Of a DNA stretch of 64,000 bases, positions 27,496 to 35,719 are shown piece after piece. The stretch's first letter is position 1, and the number at the start of each line of letters is the position of its first letter. Location of the stretch: assembly GCA_045659945.1 (NCBI GenBank), contig JAZRCW010000010.1, positions 60,884 through 124,883 on the forward strand. The letters are read 5' to 3'. The notes under the pieces are model-generated. The model did not search any database. It was not told the DNA's origin and saw only the letters and a program-made list of their open reading frames with translations. The position numbers were made by a program, and so were the translations under genes. The DNA is from Ruminococcus sp. Lineage in GTDB: Bacteria > Bacillota > Clostridia > Oscillospirales > Ruminococcaceae.

Positions 27496-28920
27496 TTATT
27501 CCTTACCGCTCCAGCAGTAAGTGCAAAGGTTACATTCGGGAAGTCCCACGGCATTTATCTTGCCCGGGAGTGTCTGAAATTCGAGAGATGTAAGCTTTAA
27601 TCTGCGGCATATCTCGTCACGGAGTTTTCCGCCTCTCTCGGTTGATGAATCGCTGTATTCTGCAAGATACTTAACGCCCTCCTCGCCCTCAAACTCGTGA
27701 ATTATCTGACGTGCGATAAGCTCAAGTTCTGAATGGCTTCTTGAGAAGTTAAGGTACTTACAGCTGTACATAATAGGCGGACAGGCTGAACGCATATGAA
27801 CTTCCTTTGCTCCGTTTGCATAGAGAAATTCAACTGTTTCACGCATCTGTGTACCTCTTACGATACTGTCGTCAACAAAAAGAAGTTTTTTACCCTCGAT
27901 AAGTTCATGAACGGGGATAAGCTTCATTTTTGCGACTTTATTTCTCATACTCTGGCTTGACGGCATAAAGCTTCTTGGCCATGTAGGAGTATACTTGATA
28001 AACGGGCGGGCAAATGGTATGCCGCTTTTGTTGGCATAGCCTATAGCGTGGGGAGTACCTGAATCAGGAACTCCGCAGATATAATCAACATCAGGAAGTC
28101 TGCCTGCCGCCATATCATTTTCTGCCATAATCTCGCCGTTGCGTGTACGCATAACCTCTACATTCACACCCTCATAGCAGGCTGTGGGATAGCCGTAATA
28201 TGTCCAGAGGAATGTACACATCTTCATCTGTGAGGGATCGCCCTCGGCAATTGTTTCAATGCCGTCGGAGGTCATTTTTATAATTTCTCCTGCGGCAAGC
28301 TCCTTATATGTTTCATACCCCAGCTTCTGTGAAGCAAAGGACTCTGTAGAAAGACAGTAGCCGTCCCATCTCTTGCCAATTACAATGGGGAGTCTGCCGA
28401 ACTTGTCACGGGCGGCAATAATACAGTCCTTTGTAAGTATAATAAGAGAAACAGTTCCCTCAATTTTTTCCTGTGCATAGCGGATACCATCAACAAAGTT
28501 ATCCTTCTGTGCAATAAGTGCACCGATAAGGTCGCCTGAATTGATATTTCCGCTGCTCATTGTTTCAAAGTTTGCACAGCCGTTCTGTAAGAGCTCATCT
28601 GTAAGCTCCTCGGCATTTCTTATAACGCCCACTGAACATATAGCATAGAGTCCAAGCTTTGAACGAACCATAATAGGCTGGGGATCTGTATCGCTGATAC
28701 AGCCGATACAAAGCTTTCCCCTCATATTTACAACATCGTCCTCGAACTTTGTTCTGAAAGGTGAGTTTTCAATGCTGTGAATTGCACGCTGAAAGCCGTT
28801 ATCCTCGGAATAAACAGTCATACCGCCACGGCGTGTGCCGAGATGTGAATGATAATCAGTGCCGAAGAATACATCGGTTACGCAGTCGTTTTTAGATGCT
28901 GCTCCAAAAAATCCACCCAT
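27496..28920 (-). CDS. purF: Amidophosphoribosyltransferase homologue (PurF-like; N-terminus MGGFFG lacks the canonical Cys nucleophile)
   Basis: PRPP motif LLFVDDSIVRGTQ. Ntn-type N-domain, but it begins MGGFFGAASK. The start is fixed by a TGATG overlap with the purE stop. Confidence 0.85.
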   Translation of the reverse strand: MGGFFGAASKNDCVTDVFFGTDYHSHLGTRRGGMTVYSEDNGFQRAIHSIENSPFRTKFEDDVVNMRGKLCIGCISDTDPQPIMVRSKLGLYAICSVGVIRNAEELTDELLQNGCANFETMSSGNINSGDLIGALIAQKDNFVDGIRYAQEKIEGTVSLIILTKDCIIAARDKFGRLPIVIGKRWDGYCLSTESFASQKLGYETYKELAAGEIIKMTSDGIETIAEGDPSQMKMCTFLWTYYGYPTACYEGVNVEVMRTRNGEIMAENDMAAGRLPDVDYICGVPDSGTPHAIGYANKSGIPFARPFIKYTPTWPRSFMPSSQSMRNKVAKMKLIPVHELIEGKKLLFVDDSIVRGTQMRETVEFLYANGAKEVHMRSACPPIMYSCKYLNFSRSHSELELIARQIIHEFEGEEGVKYLAEYSDSSTERGGKLRDEICRRLKLTSLEFQTLPGKINAVGLPECNLCTYCWSGKE

Positions 28921-29435
28921 CAGCAGTCACCCTTGATTATATTGTCAATTTCGCTCTGCAAAGCCTTATCCTTGGCAATAACACCCTCTGCCATAGCCTT
29001 TTTCTCTGCGGCAAGCTTTTCAGCAAGAGCCTCATCGGAAATTGCAAGCATCTGAACAGCAAGAACTGCCGCATTCTTTGCACAGTTAATACCAACTGTT
29101 GCAACGGGCACTCCGGGGGGCATCATTACTGTAGCAAGAAGTGCGTCCATACCCTCAAGAGCAGCTGACTTCATAGGAATACCGATAACAGGAAGTGTTG
29201 TATGACCTGCAACAACACCTGCAAGGTGAGCAGCCATACCTGCGGCACAGATAATAGCTCCGAAGCCGTTTGCCTTTGCATTTGAAGCAAACTCGCAAGC
29301 CTCGGCAGGTGTGCGGTGTGCACTCATAACACGGCACTCAAATTCAACGCCGTATTTTTTCAGCTCTGTAAGAGCAGACTTCACAACAGGAAAATCGCTG
29401 TCGCTGCCCATGATAACTGCAACTTTTTTAGACAT
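28920..29435 (-). CDS. purE: 5-(carboxyamino)imidazole ribonucleotide mutase
   Basis: VAVIMGSDSDFPV, AGMAAHLAGVVAGHTTLPVIGIP. Confidence 0.95.
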   Translation of the reverse strand: MSKKVAVIMGSDSDFPVVKSALTELKKYGVEFECRVMSAHRTPAEACEFASNAKANGFGAIICAAGMAAHLAGVVAGHTTLPVIGIPMKSAALEGMDALLATVMMPPGVPVATVGINCAKNAAVLAVQMLAISDEALAEKLAAEKKAMAEGVIAKDKALQSEIDNIIKGDC

Positions 29436-29461
29436 AATATCTATTCTCCATTCTGATTTAT

Positions 29462-30502
29462 TTACTCCGCAATTGTTTCCTCATGCGGATATTCAGGAGC
29501 CTGCGGCTCGAACGAACCTGATACAGCCTCCAGATCTGTTTCGTAATTTCCACGGAATCTTACATAAGCCTTGACCGCTTCGTCATATTCCTTTGTCACA
29601 TCTTCTTCCGTGGCATATGATATTTTTACATCGGCTGAAACGGCCACATCGAAAACAGATGTTCCGTCGTCGGAGCCTACGTTGTAAATGTGTATTTCGG
29701 GAACGGCTATAAGTTCCTTGCTGAAAATTTCTTTGGAATTGGGAAAAAGCTTTTTTAACTGCCACAAATCCAATCCTGCTTCTTTCATGAAAACTTCATC
29801 ATCTTTTAAAGCATATGAAATATAGCGTTCTGTGAACTCCGTCATCTGCTCAATCATAACAGGTGTAAGCTTTGAAAGAAGCACACGGCTATAAATGTTG
29901 AGCTCATAGGGCTTATCCGCTATTTTTCCCGAGAGATTGGCACTTCTGAAAAAAAGTCCGTTTTCACTCACCTCATAGAGATAACTGCCCATTTCATCAA
30001 CAAGCTGAATTTCATTTTCGCTGAAAGTGCAGCTTTTCCAGACATTGCTGAAACAGGGGACGAAATTGCCGTCATATAAAACAATATCACTGTCATTTTT
30101 TACCGAAGCACAGTAAAAAACTTTCCCTGCAGCAGTTCTTTTCTCAATTCTGCTGTAAATGAGGGGAACTGTAACATTTCCGTCAAAATCAATACAGCCG
30201 TATTTCAGACCGCCGCTTGTTTTCTTCGAGGCGATACAGATATTTTCCCCTGCAAATTCAAGGCTGTTCCACTCGGAAACGGCAAGAATACGCCCCGACT
30301 CCGAAATTCCATACAAGCCGTTTTCAGCGGAAAATATTGAATACCCCTGGTCATTGACATCAGTTATTTTTTCGGAACCTGCATTTCCGCCGTTTATATC
30401 TGGATTATTGTCGCCGTTGAGATAAAATCTCGTAATCGCAACAGCCAGAATTATAAGAACGATGAAAAGCAGTGATACAATAAGCTTTGTCCGATTATTC
30501 AT
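29462..30502 (-). CDS. Membrane-anchored WG/KWG-repeat-like protein
   Basis: N-terminal TM helix. Repeats of the type NGLYGISESGRILAVSEWNSLEF and LKYGCIDFDGNVTVPLIYSRIE. Confidence 0.6.
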   Translation of the reverse strand: MNNRTKLIVSLLFIVLIILAVAITRFYLNGDNNPDINGGNAGSEKITDVNDQGYSIFSAENGLYGISESGRILAVSEWNSLEFAGENICIASKKTSGGLKYGCIDFDGNVTVPLIYSRIEKRTAAGKVFYCASVKNDSDIVLYDGNFVPCFSNVWKSCTFSENEIQLVDEMGSYLYEVSENGLFFRSANLSGKIADKPYELNIYSRVLLSKLTPVMIEQMTEFTERYISYALKDDEVFMKEAGLDLWQLKKLFPNSKEIFSKELIAVPEIHIYNVGSDDGTSVFDVAVSADVKISYATEEDVTKEYDEAVKAYVRFRGNYETDLEAVSGSFEPQAPEYPHEETIAE

Positions 30503-31478
30503 TATTCTTTACTTCGGCAGTTTTTTTTCTGCTGCGGTAATCCTCGTCTGTTTCGCCTGTTATATATATAGGACGTTTCTTGACTTCAAGATAAGTTTTT
30601 GCAAGATACTGTCCCATAATTCCGATACAACCCAGCTGAACTCCGCCTATTCCGAAAATTGCAGAAAGGATATAAAAAGTTGAACCCGAGTAATATGTTG
30701 CAATTGTAACAATCAGACCAATCACGAAAAGGATAAAGCCAATTATAAGACTGATAATTCCGCAGAAAACCGACAGAGCAAGCGGGAATGTCGAAAATGC
30801 CATGATGCCCTCAAGAGAATATCTGAACAAGCCCCAGAACGACCATGAGGAAGTACCGGCAGGACGCTCAACATTTTCATAGGGCATATACTGGGTTTTA
30901 AAGCCCACCCAGCTGAAAATACCCTTTGAGAAGCGGTTGTATTCCGACATATCAAGAATAGCGTCAACCATTTGTCTTGTCATAAAGCGGAAATCCTGTG
31001 CACCGTCAACAATTTCGGTGTCGGATATCTTGTTCATTATCTTGTAGAACTGTCTTGCAAACCATGACCTTACGGGAGATTCTCCAGTGCGGCTTACTCT
31101 GCGTGTTGTAGCACAGTCAAACTCGCCGTCCTTGACATAGTTGTACATCTGCGGCAGAAAAGCAGGCGGATGCTGCAAATCAGCGTCCATGACAACAACA
31201 TAGTCACCCTTACAGTTTTTCAGACCTGCATACATACCCGATTCTTTTCCGAAATTGCGTGAAAAGGAAATATATCTCACACGCTTGTCCTTATCGGCAA
31301 GCTCACGGAATATTTCAAGGGTTCTGTCTTTAGAACCGTCATTTATAAAGAGAAATTCAAAGTCAATATCGTTATGCTCTTTTTTCATAGCATCACTGAC
31401 TTTAATTATTTCATCGTAAAACATCGGAAGCACTTCCTGCTCATTATAGCAGGGTACAACCACAGAAATGAGTTTCAT
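30495..31478 (-). CDS. Family 2 glycosyltransferase, polyprenyl-phosphate sugar transferase type (GtrB/CsbB-like)
   Basis: SVVVPCYNEQEVL, VVMDADLQHPP, two C-terminal TM helices. Confidence 0.85.
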   Translation of the reverse strand: MKLISVVVPCYNEQEVLPMFYDEIIKVSDAMKKEHNDIDFEFLFINDGSKDRTLEIFRELADKDKRVRYISFSRNFGKESGMYAGLKNCKGDYVVVMDADLQHPPAFLPQMYNYVKDGEFDCATTRRVSRTGESPVRSWFARQFYKIMNKISDTEIVDGAQDFRFMTRQMVDAILDMSEYNRFSKGIFSWVGFKTQYMPYENVERPAGTSSWSFWGLFRYSLEGIMAFSTFPLALSVFCGIISLIIGFILFVIGLIVTIATYYSGSTFYILSAIFGIGGVQLGCIGIMGQYLAKTYLEVKKRPIYITGETDEDYRSRKKTAEVKNNE

Positions 31479-31514
31479 AACACCCCTCCGTTGTAAAAAA
31501 TAAATACACTATTA

Positions 31515-31543
31515 ATTATACTACATTATAAAGAGAAATGCAA
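31515..31543 (-). promoter_or_regulatory. Putative promoter of the GT2-pur co-directional array
   Basis: Minus strand: TTGCAT, 17-nt spacer, TATAAT. Lies about 35 nt upstream of the GT2 start. Confidence 0.5.
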
Positions 31544-31747
31544 TAGCTTTGAGAAAATTTTCACATATATTTTCCCCATACGACAACAATCCCGTTTGTG
31601 ACGATTATCAAATTCAAGTTGTTGAAATATCTCACAAATTTTGTAACATTCCATGAAATTATGGACAAAAAAATCAATAACAATTTGTTATTTCCGCTGA
31701 AAATTTAATTTTTAGTATATTTTTACCACTTAATTATAAAAAAACTG

Positions 31748-31776
31748 TTGATTTTTTTTGTGAAATGAGGTATAAT
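31748..31776 (+). promoter_or_regulatory. Promoter of the 800-aa repeat-protein gene
   Basis: TTGATT, 17-nt spacer, TATAAT. Leaves a leader of about 190 nt. Confidence 0.6.
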
Positions 31777-31805
31777 AGAACATGATAAAATGGAAAGTAT
31801 GCGTA

Positions 31806-31890
31806 AAGGCAACACCGTACAGAGGTTGTGCGAAATATGCAATCAGATTTCTCACAAGCCGTCAAATGAGCTTTGTGTTGTGTTGCTTAA
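31806..31890 (+). ncRNA. Candidate cis-regulatory structured leader (copy A of an 85-nt motif shared with 58274-58358)
   Basis: The 37-nt core is 32/37 identical to the minus-strand leader at 58322-58358. The P1 and P2 helices are preserved with compensatory changes. It starts 29 nt after the -10 box. Confidence 0.45.
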
Positions 31891-31972
31891 GCATTTCTAA
31901 AGAACGGCTCCCCCGCTGCCGTAAAGCGAAGGCTGCTTCTCCTTTTAGAGGAATGCAGGATTGGAGAAGGTT

Positions 31973-34375
31973 ATGAATATTACCCTTGTAACAACTTCAT
32001 TTAACGACGAGGTTCACGGAACTTTCAATGACAAAAGAACAGGCTGCGGCATCAACCTGATGAAGACTGAATACGGATCCCGCTACCGCCGCGGCGGAAG
32101 TATGACAGATTTAGGCGAAATTACCTGCGAAAGATGCAAGACAAGAATCGCCAAGGAAATGATTAAATCAGACCAGAAGGAAATGAAGGCAATTCTCAAA
32201 GAGGAACGCCTGAAAGCAAAAAAAGGTCTTGGAGATGAGGGTATTGTTCCTCTCGGCAATACAACAGCAAAGATTACATCCGCACAGAACGTACAGCCGC
32301 AGCAGCCTGTACAGGCACAGTCGCCTGCACCTGCTCCCGCTCCCGTTCAGGAACAGCCAAAGCCTGCTTATCAGCCTAATGGTGCTCCTGCTCTCAACGA
32401 TGACCTTGCACAGTTTGCAATTCAGAAGCCTGTTGAGCAGGAAGAAAAAGCAAATAATTACTTCGAGGCAGAACGTCCTGTGCTTTTCGATAATGAGCCG
32501 TCACCAGCACCTGCTCCCGTGGAAGAAGCACCTCCTGTTGACGACTTCCTTGCACAGTTTGCTATCCAAAAACCAGATGAGCCACAGCATGATACAACCG
32601 ACAGCGAAACTGACTTCCTTGCACAGTTTGCAGTTTCTGACACCGTAAAGGAAGAAGCACAGCCTGCTCCGTCAGCAGAGCCAGCAGCACCTCCTGTTAT
32701 TGATGATATTTCCGCAGCACTTGCGGCTATGGAAAATAATTCATACATATCTTCTGCCAAGACAGAAGAACCTGCCCCCGTACAGCCAGCACAGGCCGCA
32801 GACAAATCCCGTGATTACATGGACGACTGGGATACACTTGCAAATCAGCTTTTCTCTGACGACTCCGAAATTTCCGATATGATAAATGAGGAAGTAAAGG
32901 CTGTTGACGAGATATTGACTGCTCCTGTTCTTGATGATATCGGTGATAATCTTCCCGAAACTACTCCTGTACAGCCCGTCGCTGCCGCAGAGGAAATAAA
33001 AGCTCCCGTTCTTGAAGATATCGGAAGTGACATTCCCCAAGCACCAGCTCCTGTACAAACCGCTCCTGTTGAAGAAATCAAGCCCGTGCCTGTTGAGGAA
33101 ATCAAGGCTGCTCCTGCTGAGGAAATCAAGCCTGCAGCTGCTCCCGAGCCCATGCCTGTTATTGACGATATTTCTGCAGCTATTTCAGCAATGAACATTC
33201 CTGCTGCACCCAAGGCACCTATAAACGATGACCTTATCCTTGAAGATATTTCCGAGGACGACGATGACGACTCATTCGACCTCATCTCACCTGAACTTGA
33301 GCCCAAGGAAGAGAAAGCACCTGTTCTCGATGATATTTCAGACGCTATTTCCGCAATAAGCAGCCCTGCTGTATCAGCACCTGCACCTGCTTCTGTTCAG
33401 CCTGCTCCTGCACCTGTTCAGGCTCCGCCTGTTATTGATGATATTTCAGCCGCACTGAACGCTCTGAACACACAGCCCACTCCTGCAGGTGCTGTTCCCA
33501 CACAGAATGCACCTGTTCAGCCTGCACCTGTGCCTGTTCAGCCCGTTGCAACTCCCGTTCAGCCTGCTCCTGCTCCCGTTCAGCCTGCTCCTGTGCCTGT
33601 TCGACCTGTTGTTACTCCTGTTCAGCCAGCCGCTGTTCCGAATACTGCTGCTCCTGTAGGTCAGATTCTTTCCGTGCCGCAGATTACAGGCTATGACAGC
33701 CTCAATCAGCCTATATACTCATATATTCAGATGCAGATTCAGAGCTACGACCAGAACGGTCAGCCTGTTCTTGCACCTCTGCCGGGACAGAATATCCCCG
33801 ATCCTACAGCTGCAACATTCAGTCAGAGATTCAATCAGAATACACGACTCCGTGACGCTATTGCCGCAGCAAAGGAAATTCCTACTTCCACAAAGGATAT
33901 GACTCCCGGACAGAAAATTGCCGCAGCAAATGCAGCAAAGGGAGATCCCGTAACTGCAAATGTATCGAAAATCGCAACAAATCCCCATTCAAAGGCTACA
34001 TCACAGGCGTTTATTTCTGCTATTTCCGAGTCAAAGGAATACGCAAACCAGAGCCTTACAGAAACACAGGGATTACAGCAGAGAACAAGCGTCCTCAACT
34101 CCGTTGAAGATGTTCTTTCCCAGCTTGGAGATAATTCACTTAAAGAAAAGAAACTGGCAGAAGCAAAGGTTCAGACAAATATCCCTGCATATCAGGAATA
34201 CAAGGCTCCCACACAGAGAAGCACATATTCCCCCAGGCCTGCAGCACCTGCAGCACCTGCACCCAGACCTGTTCAGCCCGATGAGAGATTCCTTTCCAAA
34301 TCAGAGCTGAAAGCAAAAAAGAAGCAGGACAAAATAGACGCTAAATTCCAGAAGGAAATGGCAAAGAGAAAATAA
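31973..34375 (+). CDS. Large low-complexity Pro/Ala/Gln-rich protein with repeated short motifs; no signal peptide or TM
   Basis: The ATG at 31973 follows GGAGAAGG. N-terminal Cys-containing domain (C...CERC). Three copies of D(D/F)LAQFA(I/V), six copies of P(V/I)(L/I)(D/E)DI(S/G)xA(L/I), a PVQPA tandem tract and a Lys-rich C-terminus. Confidence 0.8.
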   Translation: MNITLVTTSFNDEVHGTFNDKRTGCGINLMKTEYGSRYRRGGSMTDLGEITCERCKTRIAKEMIKSDQKEMKAILKEERLKAKKGLGDEGIVPLGNTTAKITSAQNVQPQQPVQAQSPAPAPAPVQEQPKPAYQPNGAPALNDDLAQFAIQKPVEQEEKANNYFEAERPVLFDNEPSPAPAPVEEAPPVDDFLAQFAIQKPDEPQHDTTDSETDFLAQFAVSDTVKEEAQPAPSAEPAAPPVIDDISAALAAMENNSYISSAKTEEPAPVQPAQAADKSRDYMDDWDTLANQLFSDDSEISDMINEEVKAVDEILTAPVLDDIGDNLPETTPVQPVAAAEEIKAPVLEDIGSDIPQAPAPVQTAPVEEIKPVPVEEIKAAPAEEIKPAAAPEPMPVIDDISAAISAMNIPAAPKAPINDDLILEDISEDDDDDSFDLISPELEPKEEKAPVLDDISDAISAISSPAVSAPAPASVQPAPAPVQAPPVIDDISAALNALNTQPTPAGAVPTQNAPVQPAPVPVQPVATPVQPAPAPVQPAPVPVRPVVTPVQPAAVPNTAAPVGQILSVPQITGYDSLNQPIYSYIQMQIQSYDQNGQPVLAPLPGQNIPDPTAATFSQRFNQNTRLRDAIAAAKEIPTSTKDMTPGQKIAAANAAKGDPVTANVSKIATNPHSKATSQAFISAISESKEYANQSLTETQGLQQRTSVLNSVEDVLSQLGDNSLKEKKLAEAKVQTNIPAYQEYKAPTQRSTYSPRPAAPAAPAPRPVQPDERFLSKSELKAKKKQDKIDAKFQKEMAKRK

Positions 34376-34430
34376 AAAAAGTGTTATCCTGCCGAAATGG
34401 CAGGATAACTTCAAAAATGAGGTTGAAAAT

Positions 34431-35513
34431 ATGGATAGAAATGATATTATCAAAGAACTCCGTGCAAAACTTGGAGATTCACTTGAAGAAAATGAAAAAA
34501 TGCTCAAAGCTGCAGGAGAAAAATATGCCGAAGAAGGCAATCTCGACGGTGTTAACGCTGTAGGCGAACTTCTTCTTGAGATTATGCCCGAAGACAGAAA
34601 GAAAGAAATTGAACGTCTTACACACATTGACGGCATGAGACTTGACGAGTACCACCAGAAAATCGTTGACCTTATCGAGGAAAAGAAAGCTGTACAGGCA
34701 CTTCCTCTTGCTGAAAAGCTGTACAACAAAATCACTCTTGAGTATGCACCTACAGAAACAGCAAAATTTGTTTCACTCCGCAATCCTTTTGAGGATAATC
34801 TCTGTCAGATTCTTTTCAAGGATGACAAGATATTAAATCGTACTCCTTTCGATTTTTCATCTTTCATCACCACATACGCTTATCTTCTTGTAGAAACAGG
34901 CTCTAATATTGACGCTATACCTGTTCTTGAAACAGCTATCGAGTACAACCCTGTAGACGTTGCACCAAGATTTGAGCTTTGTGAAGTATATAAGCTTATC
35001 CGCAACAAGAGAATGGTTATTGAAGTTTCAAGAGATACCCTTAAAGTTGCTTCTTCTCCCGTTGCAATTGCAAGATGTTACGCAAATATCGGCTACATTC
35101 TCACATCTTTTGCTGATTTTGAGGATGCAGGCGTATTCTATACTGCAAGCGTTATGTTCGCACCAAACTCTGCTGTTCCACTTGAAATGAAGCACCTTTC
35201 AGACCTTAAGGGCTCGCCTATTATGCGTCCCACACAGCAGCAGCTTATCAACACTATGAAGAAGTATGACATTGACTTCGGTCCTGATAAGACAGTTATC
35301 GAAGTTTGTGCACAGCTTTCTTCACATTTCCTTGCAAAGAAGGATTACCCCAACGCTTTACAGGCTCTTAAGATGACATATAATCTCACAAGAGACGAAC
35401 ACGTCAAGGAGCTTATTCTCAAAATTGATCCTAATTCTCCTATGCTTCGTCCCCAGCAGGGTGCATCACCCGATCAGGCGGCTGCAAACAGAGGAAATAT
35501 AACTAAAAATTAG
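34431..35513 (+). CDS. TPR-like helical repeat protein
   Basis: 360 aa all-helical pattern with TPR-like A/Y/L spacing (e.g. AIPVLETAIEYNP, ALQALKMTYNL). Follows the repeat-protein gene. Confidence 0.65.
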   Translation: MDRNDIIKELRAKLGDSLEENEKMLKAAGEKYAEEGNLDGVNAVGELLLEIMPEDRKKEIERLTHIDGMRLDEYHQKIVDLIEEKKAVQALPLAEKLYNKITLEYAPTETAKFVSLRNPFEDNLCQILFKDDKILNRTPFDFSSFITTYAYLLVETGSNIDAIPVLETAIEYNPVDVAPRFELCEVYKLIRNKRMVIEVSRDTLKVASSPVAIARCYANIGYILTSFADFEDAGVFYTASVMFAPNSAVPLEMKHLSDLKGSPIMRPTQQQLINTMKKYDIDFGPDKTVIEVCAQLSSHFLAKKDYPNALQALKMTYNLTRDEHVKELILKIDPNSPMLRPQQGASPDQAAANRGNITKN

Positions 35514-35520
35514 CAGAAAA

Positions 35521-35546
35521 GCCGAGGAAAAATCCTCGGCTTTTTT
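35521..35546 (+). terminator. Intrinsic terminator after the TPR gene
   Basis: gccgagga-aaaa-tcctcggc followed by tttttt. Confidence 0.85.
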
Positions 35547-35607
35547 CTCTGTGTAACGCTCTATTCAAATTATGTTCAATTTCTCATAATATTTTTTCGG
35601 AAATCAA

Positions 35608-35636
35608 TTGACTTTTTTGTTATTTTGCGGTATAAT
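35608..35636 (+). promoter_or_regulatory. Promoter of the two-component/htrA operon
   Basis: TTGACT, 17-nt spacer, TATAAT. Confidence 0.6.
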
Positions 35637-35719
35637 AGAATATATTATAAGAAAATATAGTCGGATATTCTCACCGACATACTTAAAGATATTCCACTAC
35701 AAGAAAGAAGGTCTGTAAA

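Noticed and set aside
29436-29461. Purine riboswitch or PurR box expected upstream of purE
   Set aside because: Only 26 nt separate purE from the upstream WG-repeat gene. The GT2 upstream region (31479-31747) has a short leader and no three-way-junction purine aptamer consensus.
31782-31976. 64-aa ORF in the leader upstream of the repeat-protein gene
   Set aside because: It has no RBS and a Cys/Arg-rich composition. It overlaps the conserved structured leader motif and runs into the real start codon. It is better explained as non-coding leader.
32229-33306. Several 60-153-aa ORFs on both strands inside the 800-aa repeat-protein gene
   Set aside because: They arise from low-complexity, repeat-rich DNA that keeps alternative frames open. 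Only the long frame has an RBS, an ATG and coherent repeat motifs.
34301-34783. 160-aa minus-strand ORF spanning the junction of the repeat-protein and TPR genes
   Set aside because: It is Ser/Phe-rich and antisense to two plus-strand genes and their terminator hairpin. It has no RBS.
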